This document shows, one piece after another, positions 25,169 to 38,000 of a DNA stretch of 64,000 nt. A program made the position numbers and the translations under genes. The notes beneath the pieces were generated by a model. That model was given only the letters and a program-made list of their open reading frames with translations, was not told where the DNA came from and searched no databases. Every line of letters begins with the position of its first letter. Within the stretch, counting starts at the first letter, position 1. The DNA comes from Thalia democratica (Eukaryota): positions 30,938,001 through 31,002,000 of the forward strand of contig OZ241834.1 of the NCBI GenBank assembly GCA_965202585.1, written 5' to 3'.

Positions 25169-28100
25169 TTCAGGTGGCTTAAAAAAAGTTACTGTGAAAA
25201 TTATAAATACAATTTAGTTTTAACAAAAACGCTTTTTGATGATACTTAAATCAGGTTTATTTGTTATTTGCTTGCACCTAAACTTATTTTTAGTAATTTA
25301 GAAAAAAAAAAATTAAAACTGTTTTAAATAAACCATAAACAAAAAGCGTTTTTTAAAATAAATAATCTATATTAGCAATTTTTTCTGCGAAATGTCAAAA
25401 AAAATCTTTCTGAAAAAATTAATGTAAAAAGATAAAGTTTATTCGTAATTTTGTTAATTTTAAACATAAAAGCACGCTTGTGTTTCTAAATAAAAATAAC
25501 AGTTAGTCATAATTACTTCATTAAAAACCTTACGCATAACAAAACACCGTACAACTATCATATTTAACTTAAAAAACGCAATTTTATAAATTTTACTAAA
25601 ATAGCAACAGGCACATTTGAAATATAAAATGTGGAAAAAATACATTAAAATTTAAGCCTTTTAAAACTTTTAGAAATATACTATACTTAAAGAACTTTTC
25701 AGCTGCAGTGTTCTAAATATAAATTTAATTTGTTTAAGTTGTTTATGAGGACAAAAACTAACAGAAATATCAAACTACTTGACTATTAAGGTTAGAACTA
25801 CTTTTTGAGTTAAAAAAATAAAATCATATACAAAATGAAAAAGCTACAACTGTTAATAAAAGAAATGAGTAGTAACAGAAATAAAGACTAACTTAAAAAA
25901 AAAATTAAAAAAAGCAAATTTTTAAATCTTTAAAATTATTAAACTTTAACTGAAAAAAAACTTGAGCTAATAAAAATATGTTGATTATCTTCAAATTTTT
26001 ACTAACTTTTCTGTATAACGCATTAATTCATAAATAGTCAAAAAAAAGTTTACTTTATTTACTGTAAGCTCTAGCCACATTAAGTTTATTAGCAAAGTAT
26101 ATTATACACTAAAAATAAAAGAAAAGCCTCAAACTTAATTTATATATTTTATGATGAAACTTCAAACTTTTTATAGTTTAAATGTTTAAAGATTTTTTGA
26201 GGTAAGTAAGATAAATTTTTTTTTATGAAATATATTATATTTTTAAGACGGGCTAAAAATTCCTATTAATTGACTTCATGAATTTTTACAACTTCAGTTA
26301 GTATAAAGTTGGTTTTAGTATAAAGAGTGTAACTTACTATAGTTAACCTAAATAAAAATACTCTTTTGGAAACACTAATCTAAATTCCTTATTTGAACCA
26401 ATTGTAAAATAGAAAATATACTTACATTTTTTTTTACTTCAGATTTTTAAAGTAAAAGTAAGGTCGTGTGAGGGCCTAAAGGTTAGAAAAGGTTAAAGAT
26501 TAAATGTTAGTTCATGTATTTTGTATTTTAACTCTAAAAAATAAGGTTGAATTTTTTTTCAAACCTGTTTATGATTTTTTTGGCTTATGTAGTTACTTTT
26601 AGCTAACTTTTTGTTGTTTAGCTTACGACTGATTTTAAAGTTTTGGTGTACTAAATAAAGATTACTTTTCATTTTAACCTTTCAAGTTTTAAACTCAAAT
26701 TTTCTTGTTTTTGTAGTGTAAGTGTAACATTTTAAGAATTTAGCAATAAAAAACGTTTTCATTCGAAAAAATTATGTTTAATTTAAAAGACGTCAATCTT
26801 ATATTTTCACGTTTTGGATGTACACAAGCTATAAGAAATTAAATAAGTGCACAAAAGTAAAAATACCAGCTAAGCATTAGAAAAAAAGGTTGACCAAAAT
26901 TTTATACTATAAACTTATACTAATAATTGTTTTCCAAAACTATCCAAAGTTAAGTGTTTTAGAATCTATAAAAAATTGCATTATTCTTTTATTAAGAATC
27001 GACATATTTGAATTAGATAAAACTTCTAGTACTTATTGAAGTTTTCAAAACATGTTCTTTTGCTTTCTTTAAATACTTTAGGCAACTAATTACAACAATA
27101 AATGATAAACCAAAACTATTACTTCATCAGTTCAAAAAAAAAAGTTTTTTACTTTCAAAACACTTAAACACATTTACAACAAAATTAAGCAAAACTGACA
27201 GTTCATTAGATTCTAACTAGTTTTATCAAAACCATTTATGTTGTAAAACAAATTATAACAATATTCATAACTAAAGCTAAAAAAAAAGTTCAAATCTAAA
27301 TATACCATTTAATTTATTGCTATAAATTTTTTTTTAATGCTAAGTTTCTACAAAATAAAACTTGTTTGATTATGCCAACAGCTTATTTTTAAAGTCCTTT
27401 TAAAGAACTTCCGATAAAGTAATGCACCTAAAAAAAAAGAGAATACAAAAATACTCGAGTTTAATTATATAAATAGAAAAAAGGCGCAAAGAAAAAAGTA
27501 ATCTCACGCTTTAAGAGCGTCAACAAAGAAAGTTTTCTTTGAGATATACTACCATTTGATATTAAAGCTTTCTTAAAGTAAAAATTTTTAAATAGGCTCT
27601 AACAAAAAAAAATTGTACATATTATAGTTATAAGTAAGTTTTTAGAAAAGCTAGAGAATAAAATGTATAAAGTAGTTAGTTTATAGTATACTTTTAAGTG
27701 AGTCTAATACTGTAAAAACTAGACTATAGATTATATATTGAGTAAGCTATAAAGTATAGTTAACTTCATAAAGCTTGTAAAAACGCAGACTAGTAGGGAG
27801 TTTTATAAATTTTATATCAATTTACCGATTTTATAAAGCACAACAATTTATTAAACAACTTCTATTATATTTAAACCTAAGAAACTTTAAATAAAGCTAG
27901 TTGAAATATCTAGGCAAATTTAAACTTAGTTAAAGAAATATTAAAACGATTCGGAAAGAGTTTTCAAAAATAGTATTTAAACTTTATAAAATAAATTGAT
28001 TTAAGTGCTTTAAAAAAGTAAAAATATAAATAATTTTTAAAATCTATCACTTTGGTATTATAATCACGGAAAAGAAATCAAAAAGTAAAAGTTATACTTG

Positions 28101-30755
28101 AGTAAAAAAATACTGTTCAGAACATTAATCAAAACCTTGTTTTTGCTTTTACTCTGAAGGTATGATAGTAAAATAAAAAAATTAAAACTTGATTTAGTTT
28201 CATCAAGTCTGTTTGCGCTTCGCATATCTAAAAGTACTTCAACATTATTTTTTTAACGCGTTAATTAATCAAATATAACTCTTATTCAAAGTTCGAAAAA
28301 ACTTTATAAAGATTTGTTTTAGAAGTATAACAAAAATTAAAACTTCAAACTATATATCAGTAAGTTAAAATCTATTTACTTTTTAAAACTGTTAAAATCA
28401 TAAATGCTTAAAAAATAAATTCTAAAAAGCCAAGCTAACTTTAACCAATTTATACCAATTAGCTCAAATGTTAAAAGAAATAATTGCTGATAGACATAAT
28501 TTGCATTATGTCTATCACGTTATTGGCTGGAAAAGTAATTGTTGTTAGTTGAAAATAAAAAAATGTTTTGATTTATACCATATTTATATGACAATAAAAA
28601 GTTCCATACAATTGTGTAAATAATAAAAATCATGCTGATACTTTTTCTTATAGTTTATATTGTGATTGTTATTGAAAAACTTAAAATTTTGTTTTAGACC
28701 AAGATAAACTGTTCAAAAACTACATTTTTTTTCTTACTTGCTTTAAAACTGTATCACGTATTTTAATACCTATCTTTTAAGTAGTTTTATAAATATATTT
28801 TATTGATGTTTTCTAAAACAAATTGGACTTTGAACTTTGCGCTGTATTAACAAAACTACCTTATAAAAAATCTCATAGACATCGCACATATTGTACACTT
28901 ATTAACACTAAGTTAGTTTGTGTAATTTTTACTTGTGCACTAAACAGCCTAAAGCTAAATATAAGATTACTAAACTGAAACTAAGTGTCAAATCAAATAA
29001 ATGTTCTAAAGTAGCAGCTAGGAAAAAAAAGTTAATAATTAACAACTTTCTATGCAGTTCAACTTTTATAAAGTTTTTGATTAGTCTGCAGAACCGAGTT
29101 GATTTAAAAATGTAAAGTGTTTACTTTTTTTGGTTTAGGCTAATTGAAAATTTGAATTACACTTGTAATAGTTTTTTTAGTTTTGAGCCTAACTTATGAA
29201 ATTTTGTTTTGTAAAAGTAAACTGTAGAGATAAAAACTTTTAGTTAAGTATTTAGAAATTTTAAATACTTAATAAAGTATATAACACTTCTAACTCTTCA
29301 ATGCAATATTGTTAGCATGATTTTTACTTGCTACGTGTAAATAAAAAAGTGATTATTTCACACTTTTTATATAAAACAATACTTTAATATTAACTGTTTA
29401 TATAAAAATAGTTAAAGCTCAATTACTATTATAATTATGGCTGAAATAACTACAAAAGTACAAAGCTGAATTAAAGTTTAAGCTTATTAATTTTTGAAAA
29501 CAAATTATTTTTAGAAAAAGATAAACTTGACAAATGGTTATTAAGTTGTAATCTTTCAAATTTTCACTGCTTTTAAAAAACTTGTTTTACATTGTTTTTT
29601 GATTCGCTATTTTTTTATGGCTATAAACTTCAAAACCGTTTTTTTTTTTTAAATATTAGTATTTATTTTTATGTTTGTTTCGATAACTACATTAAAATTT
29701 AAAGAACGTTTTAATATTTAACTAAACCTTAAGTTAATAAAGTTTAAAATACTTTTACTACGTATTTCATTGGTTTACATTAAAGTTTAGATCTACAGAA
29801 ATTACAATTTTTTCTTAAAATATCTTTTAACTAAATGTTCAAGAACATATCTACAATGCTTGCTCGTGTAAAACATTGCAAATGATGTAATTTCACAAAA
29901 TTTACAAAGTAAATTCAAATTTGTATGGCTTACTTTATTATAATCAAATTTAACTGACAGAATTGTTAAAAAAAAATTTAATTCAAGACTTAAAAAAACA
30001 TAATGCTTATTAAAAGTTTTTTTGTTGTTATTTAGCCCTTCACTTAGATTTTTTTATTTGCATAACAATAAATTTGTTTTTTACCTCTTTTTGTATTTTT
30101 TAATTGTACTAAATTGAAAAAATTCAACTACGTCTGACAATAAGCTGATATTTTATAATCCTAAAACTGAATACTGAAATACGACTGTGAGAAAAGTTTC
30201 CTATACTCTCAATAATATGCAATCTGATTTATATAGCAAAAAACATATACCTACACAAATTTAAAGAACTTCTACAAATGTGTAAGTTTTCAAATACATA
30301 CTAAACTCTTTTAAATTAATTTTTTTACTAAAAAGTGGCAAAAAAATACGGCTGATGTAAAAGTGTTTATGCATTGTTAGTTAAATCTTTAATTTAAACC
30401 AAATATATTCAGGCTTAGGAACTTTATAATAAGAACGAAGTTTAATAAGGTTTAGCTTTTAGCAGAATTACAAAAAATTATAGTATATTAATCTTTACAA
30501 AACAGACACAAATTTCAAGCTATCTTGTTTTATTTATTAAACAACATTTTTCGTCAAAATTGTGCTTATTTTCGCAACCATTGACAATCAGTTTTCAAAA
30601 GCTGACCAACAAAATGTTTACTTAATGATTATAATTTTAGTGTCTAAAATTAACAAGCTTTACTTATTTGTTTTCAAAGTAAGTATAAGAAATCTTTGAT
30701 TTTTCTAACTTATAGTTTATTCACGCTCTAGCAACTTTCGCAAATAACAAAAGCA

Positions 30756-32600
30756 TCAAAAATCTTCATCAAAGTTCTGAGGGATCTTGCACGAGTTCCT
30801 CTCTCTTCCCTCCCTGACCTTCTTCCTTGCCTCCATCGGAAAATACTCCTCGTGCTTCTTGTAGTCGAAGGTCGTCGGAGGGGCGAGCAGTTCCGTGGTG
30901 GAACCCCTGCTCGCGTCACCCAGGTATGACGTCATCAGATCGTCAAAGTTTTTCTTCATTGGGGTTTTCCCCGAAGGCGAGGTGTACTTGAGCACCTCCT
31001 GGCTGCACGGAAGCAGAAGGTCCTCGTCGTCCTCGATCGAATTCATTTTTCTGTTGAATTTTTTTGCTTTTATTTTCAAATTTAATCTTTTACTAAACGA
31101 ATTCGGTCTTAAATAAGCGTCAACCTTGGTTGAAACAGTTTTAATATTTGAGAAATTAATGTTTCGGTATTGTTTTAGCATTTTTTAGTAAAATAAACAT
31201 TTTGTCGATAGCCTAAATTTATGAAAACAAAAACTCAACAAACAACAAAAGTTCTAAATAAAAACTCACCTCATCGATGCGTTCATGACGTCATCGTGAC
31301 GCGACCGCAGCTTACGGTACGACGCGGGTTCTTTAACGGGGGCTCTCCCTCCGGTGGTGAGAAAGTCCTCTTGCGGCGACGTGAACTTGGCCAGCTCCAT
31401 CTGCAGGTGGCGTTTCTCCTGCGCCCTCTTGTGCTTGAGCATGAGCAGGTCGTAGTCGAGGAAGTCGCTGTTCCTGCTCTGCTGTGACGTCACGCTGGCG
31501 CGGTTGGCTTCCGTGACGTCATGGCGGTTGCTGGCCCGCTCCAGAAGGTCGTCGATCGGCTGCAGGAACTGAAAAGTTGTTGTTTTTAGAGCTGAGTTAC
31601 CAATTTTTAAGGTATATTGTGACAAACCTCAGGCATTTCTTTATCCTTGTTGGTGAACTCGTCAATGTGTTGTTTTTCCAAATAGTCGTTTGGGTTCAAC
31701 AACAGCTGTAAAAAATATTGAAAAAGTTTGTATAACTTAAGTATATTTTTTTCTTTTAAACACTTTTAAAGAGACTGAGCTTTTGTCTAAAATAAATAAT
31801 TTTAAACCTTTAAAAAAATCTTCGTTGTATAAAGTTTATGATTTCTTGTTTTAAAACCAAACATTTTTGAAAGCCTTTAACACTTTATTACTTTTAAATA
31901 AATGTAACTAAAAAAAAGTAGTAATTATTTTTAAGTTTTGTTTGTAGCCAGTCACTAAATACTTTGACTGTGTTATTTTCAACTTAATAAAGAAATTAAT
32001 GTCTTTTAAAACACTTGTTTTCACTTAAGTAAAACCTTTTGTTAAACTGCATTTACAAAACTATACTTACGTCGTCATCGTCATTGCTTTTTTTGCTGGT
32101 AGAAGTACTACTTCCAAAATTGTTACTCTGTCCCAAAACTTCGCTGACCGGTCTGAGTAACTGCAAATACTATGTGTTGAAACGTTTATATTTTATTTAT
32201 GTCTTATTTGATCTTACTAAAGAATTTATCTTAAAAGTTTGATAGGTTGAAAGCTTTTACACGGTACAAGTGTTGACCAACTGTGCTAAGTAAAATTTTC
32301 TGCAACAGCATATTCATACCACTTTTGTTTTGAAACAAAAATAGTAAGTTGGTAAAAAATTTGTTGACTTTACAAAAGTTACAGAAAACTGTCCAAACAT
32401 TTTAAATTATTTTTCAAGGTCATGCTTAACGACAAAACCTGGTTGTCTTCTCTTTCGCGTCGATACTTGCTCACGTCATCGTATTTATTATCCGCTAGGT
32501 GGCGCCTTCCCTGGGCCAGCTGCCTCTTGAAGGGCTCCAGCTCCCGTCTCATCGCCCCCAGTCCGGTCAGGGGGCATTTGGCTCTGCGCGGCAGAACCAT
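30756..32600 (-). CDS. Uncharacterised 307-aa protein resembling the titin M-is2 insertion; separate gene with 5 coding exons
   Basis: Exons 32600-32439, 32160-32071, 31705-31628, 31568-31270 and 31050-30756 total 924 nt, are all GT-AG and are phase-consistent. The ATG has a strong context (ACCATGG) with an in-frame upstream TAA. Codon usage is GC-rich like the titin exons. Motifs EREDNQLLRPVSE, DDDDLLLNPNDYLE, FLQPIDDLLE, SYRKLRSRHDDVM and DDEDLLLP resemble titin is2. Confidence 0.85.
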
Positions 32601-34732
32601 GGTAATTGTGATTTATGCGTCTTTGTCTTTGTTTTGAAAAATTAAACCTTACTATTTACATCACCTGTAAAAAATAAATGATTAGTGGCTGGCCGCCATT
32701 ACTGTGAATACACTGGACCCACTTTTTGATTGAGTGCTTTCGTTGACGTCCTGGTACGACTTTTAAACTGATGAGATTTTTTTGAAATACTAACTTGTTA
32801 CACTTACCTGAGTATTATGTATACTTTTCCCTAACCAACATGAAATGGTTTTTGTTGAAATTTACAGTTTTTTTCTGATTATTAAAGTGTTAGATAAATG
32901 CTGCCTTTAAAATAGCTATTAACAGTAAAGTTTGTATAAAATTATCTACAAAACATTTTTTAAAACTATAACTAATATTATACTTCGAAGTTACTAACTC
33001 TATTTAAATATTGTAAAAACTGTTTTTAAAATTAAAAGTACAATTTGTATCAAATAATATTGTAAATCCAAAAAATTATTTCAAAGATTTGTATAATATA
33101 CACTTGATTTATCTTTAATTTTTTAAAACTAAATTTTGTTAATATAATACTTAAGACCTTAACTAAATTTATATTCTACCTAAAATATTATTCAAAATTG
33201 ATCTAATATTTTTATTCTTGTAAGCTTTTACTTTTAAACATATTCTTTACCTAAAATTCTCAATAAACGCTTCAATACTTTACGTAAATAAAGACAACAT
33301 ATTCATGCATAAATAGTTTATTTTTGAAAATGTGCATAAATCTAAAGGTAAATTTCGCATAAATATGAGTTTGCATAATAATTGACTAAGTATGAGTAAT
33401 AAAAACAAGAGTAAATAGATATAAACATAAAAAAAGTGTAAAATATACTAGTTTAAATAAAATATATTGTGGTATTTACAAGAATGTATGGTATATATAC
33501 ATATAGCAACTAAATACAAAAAACTCATGCAAGATATTTACAATTTTTGAGGGATGAATTAAAAGGCACAACATTACCCCGTTTGAAAGCTTTTTGAGGG
33601 AATGAGCTCCTGACGGCATCCTGTATTGAGGGAATGTCGGATGCCGGTCAGTTTCGGGGCTTTTGTTAGTGACAATTTAAATTCGTTTGAGGGGATTTTG
33701 TTTGGGGATTCACCTTTCTGATAAACGTTCTTGAAGTTTAATCAGAGTTTTTTTTTTGTAGCTTTGCGTGTGCTACTTGTTGTATGAAGCATGAATGCAT
33801 ATGCTCATAACTATTCACTTCAGTACTCGAGTTTTTTAGCTTAGAGCTTAAAAAGACTCTTTGAAGTACTGTCACTTGGTTATTTAACCGATAAGTTGTC
33901 AGCTTTGAAAAAGCGACATACTTAGTCGGGTTAATACTGTATATGGTAGATTAAAATTAGTTCAAAGTTTTTAAAATTTATTTGGAATTTCAATTAACTT
34001 ATCAAAAAAAAAATTATTAGATTCATTAAAAAAAGTAAATAAAACATTTTGAGACTCTGTAGTTAGAGTACATAATAAACTTTGCAGTAAAATAATTCAA
34101 TAAATTGGACACGCCAGCTTTAACTGATTGCTTAAAACTTGTATGGTTTACAAACGCTCAAAAAGTATAAATACTTCTCAAGTAGCTTTGAAACATACAG
34201 TTTATTAAGGCAATAAAAAACTGGCAAATTTCCTAGAGTAATGTTGGTCCTGAAAAGTAAAAATAACAGGAGAATTCTTGCACTTGTTAGTTGTGATTAG
34301 TCGTTACACATAATCTTAATTCGTAAAAATGAAACTATAAAAATTTAAAGATATCATCAAAAAAATCATTAATACTAACTTTGAAAATTGAAAAAAAATA
34401 TTAAGTATAATCTAATAAATAGAAAAGTAATAATAAAACTAAACATTAAACATTTTCTATTCTTTGTAACATATATTTAAACTTTAAATCGTTAAACAAC
34501 TACATATACTAATAAAACATTGTACGAATGTTAACACAATCTCTTTTATTAAAAACAAAAATACTACTAAAGTAAAACTATAAAGTTATATTAGTCTAAA
34601 CATTCAAATAAAATGCTAGAGACAGTTACTTCTAAACAAAAAAAAATGAAGTAGAATGATCACTTAATTTGACAGTATAAATAGTTATGCTAGCGCAGCT
34701 AGCTGTAATATAAAACTAAACGAGCACCGTTA

Positions 34733-35006
34733 TGACGTCATAAGAAAATCTTGAAACAGCTGTTTCGACAAGTCACGTGGCGTGACGGCAGCAAAGATCC
34801 AAGAAAAGCCTATGACGTCACAACCGAAGCGAAACTCGATAAAACCGCGACGTGCAGCGAATTTTCAGTGACTCAAGATGCAAACAAAGTTGAAACTCCG
34901 TCGTTGAAAACAGCTGACGTCACAATTTGCCGAGTTACGCTTCAAATTGCTCTAAAATTCGAATGATTGACGTCATTTAAATGACGTTGACGCCTAGGTG
35001 ACGTCT
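34733..35006. promoter_or_regulatory. Cluster of CRE palindromes and E-boxes in the titin 3' UTR / upstream of the is2-like gene
   Basis: TGACGTCA at 34733, 34813, 34915 and 34968. CAGCTG at 34757 and 34911. CACGTG at 34774. TGACTCA at 34869. More TGACG half-sites at 34783, 34982, 34988 and 34999. Confidence 0.5.
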
Positions 35007-38000
35007 GTCGCTTCCGTTTTCGCCGCGAACTTGCAGCTCGTAGACGCCGCGGTCGGAACTCCTCGCGCCGAGGATGGTCAGCGTCGTCTGGCTCCTGGAA
35101 GCCACGATCCTGATCCTCCCCGACTCGTCTCCGTCCCTGAAAGTTATTGAAATTTAAAATTTCCAACCAGGAAACACTAAAACGTGGTTGGGTTTTTGAT
35201 ATTTACCTGAGCTGGGCTCCGTTGCGCGTCCAAACAGCTTGGAAGGGCTGTTGCTGTGACTTTACTGAGGCCGGGACGTTTATGACTTTTCCGCGGCCCA
35301 CTTGAATCTTCGACGGGATCCGGCTGATTTTCGGTCCTGATAAAGCTGCAAAATTTAATTATTTTTTTAATGTTTACAAAAAGCAACAAATTTGTTATTT
35401 TGCTTACGCATATGCGAAGTAACAAGTTTTAGTTATAGGGCTGTTTAAAAGCAATAAGAACTGTTGACCGATAAATTACTTGGTTTACTATTAGATATAC
35501 TTCCTTTAATACTTTTACTATTTAACGATAAACAAAAGTTGCCATCGTATCAAAACTGCTACTCATGCTATGACTTTAATACTTTATACATAATGATGCC
35601 TAAATAAACTAGATAAAACACACTAAAAAACTCTTACTTTTAGTTATCATTTAAAAAAAAGTTCAACTCACGCATTGGACCCTGCCTTTCAAACTCTCTG
35701 CTTATGCTTCTTCTTCTCTGGTTGGGGGAATCCCACTTTCTCATCATGCGGTGGCAGGTTTCCGGGGTCAAGCGCAAGTGGGTGCTCACCTCCTCACCAC
35801 TTGGTGACGCGAACACGCACTCGAACTTTCCCGCGTCTTCCTCGCTCACGTCATCGATGACGAGCGTATGCGTCGGACCGTGACGGGAAGTTTTGTACTT
35901 TTCCGCGTAGTCGCCGCTTAAGTAAGTGTTTACATGAAGACTAAGAATTAAACAAAATTTCTATTTACGTTTATCTAAGTGTTTAAAACTTATAAATGTT
36001 TTTAAGGTACACATTGCATAAGAAAAAAAAAACTTATAATTTTTCTAACATTCAGTATCATATACTTAAACCGAGTATAGGTATTGTGACTTCTAGGTTT
36101 AGGAAAATTTCAAACTAGATTTGAATTGTTATAACTTATCAAAAATACAAAACAATTTTTAACTACCTTGCAACGAGTTGCTGATCTTTGTACCACTGGG
36201 CCGACGAAACGAGCTGGGCGTTCGAAACTGCGCACTCGAGCCGGACGCTTCCGTCCAACTTCAGCTCGTAGTGCAGCTCACTGGTAACTCTCAGCCTTTG
36301 CTGGCTTCTCGGCATTGCAGGTGGCATCATGTACCTAAAATGTTAACAATAAATCTTTAACTTGTATGTTTTTTGTCCTACGTTGTCTGCTATAATTTTA
36401 AAAATCATTAGCTACCAATACTTTAACCGCAATTTTTTTTGAACATTTAACAGGATATTAAAAAAAAAATCAACTGTTTTCAGAAAAGAAAACTTAAAAT
36501 TTCAATATGATGTCATTGAAGTATCAAATCGTTTACAAACATTCAAGCAAACTTTCAAAAACTACCACTATTCAACTATACAGTTTAATTAAAAAACTGC
36601 CAAAATTCAATAAAATTTTGTTAATTTATTAAATAAATTGAAAAACATTCAAACAAACTTTTGCCTCATCTGCCTGGCGGCCTGGTACTGCCTGGGCAGC
36701 ACGGTCAGCGTGAAGTCGCTCACCGCGGTTTCGCCCTCTTGCGTCTCCACCACCAGCTTGTAGCTTCCCGTGTCGCTCGCGTGGCACCTGTTCACCTGCA
36801 TCGTGTGCGCGTCTCCGTGATCCCGCGTCTCGTGCTTGTCCGATGCGTCGATCGCCACACCGTTCCTGATCCAGGTGACTGTAAAGAAAATAAACATGTT
36901 TTAAAACTTAAGAAAAATTGAGAAAAACATATATATTTGAACAATGCTAATTTTTGCATATAAAATAGTTTATTATGAAATTTACAAGTTCCTATCCCTT
37001 AAAAAAATCCCCAGAAAAAAAATTAAAAATAAAGATTTGTTATTTTAAACAACATCAGCTTTAGCACAGTATCAAAATTTTTTTTAATGAAAAGCAGTTC
37101 CTACCTCTGTACGGAGCGGTCGACCTGACGCGGCTGGTGAAGACGGCGTTGTCACCTTCTCCCACCTGCTCGCTCCTCGGCTCCATGGCAAAGTAGACTT
37201 CTTCACTCGCCTCGTAGTAGTTCCTCGACCTGCTGCGGTTGCGTGACGAAGACCTCATCGCCACCTCTTCTCTGCTCGCCTGCCTTGACAGCACTCCGCT
37301 CGGAGGCCTCTGAGGCATTCTGAGCTGTCTGCTCGACGGCCTCAGTTCGACCTCGTTCCTGCTCGACGGTCTCGATCTTACGCGCTGTTGGCTGGACGGC
37401 CTGGATGCAATCCTGGCTTCTTGGTGCAGCCTGCTGGAAGACCTTGCCTCTTGCTGAATTCTGCTGGAAGACCTTGCTTCTTGTTGCAGTCTGCTGGAGG
37501 ATCTCGCTTCTTGTTGCATTCTGCTGGAAGACCTCGCCTCTTGTTGCATTCTGCTGGAGGATCTTGCCTCTTGCTGAATTCTGCTGGAGGATCTCGCCTC
37601 TAGCGCGTAATCTGCTGACCTGTTCCTGGATCTGAGCGTTTCTCTGAAAGGTCTCGAGACCGAACGGCTGCTCGGTGGTCGAGAAGTCGACTGTCTGAAG
37701 GGCAAACTCGAGGGTCCTTCTTCGTAGTTCAACCTAAAATTATTTTTACTGGTTAAAAGCTTAAACCTGGCTAGTAATTTTTATCTAATACTGTTTTAAC
37801 ACCACTACTTTGTTTTCAAAAAATCAATATTCAACGAACCTGTTCGCGTATTCCTGAGAACTCGACCTGAACTCGTTCTGGGTCACTTCGAGCGTCGCCT
37901 TGTCCGACACTTCACCGCAGTAGTTCTTGACCACCACTTCGTAAGTGCCGTTGTCGGCTTGGTGACATTTGTAAATATCAAGAGTGACCACTCCTGTAAT

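Noticed and set aside
25200-30700. Possible hidden gene in the 5.5-kb AT-rich interval
   Set aside because: There are no GC-rich exon-like islands or recognisable motifs. The short ORFs (25460, 28918) are low-complexity AT-rich noise.
30756-32664. Downstream exons as an alternative titin C-terminus
   Set aside because: All three frames after the 32664 acceptor contain stops before the ATG, which has its own strong context. Direct splicing from titin into internal phase-0 exons cannot be fully excluded without RNA data.
34751-34966. Plus-strand 71-aa ORF as a small gene
   Set aside because: It has a TTG start, no splice or domain support, and is explained by the motif-rich GC island in the titin 3' UTR.
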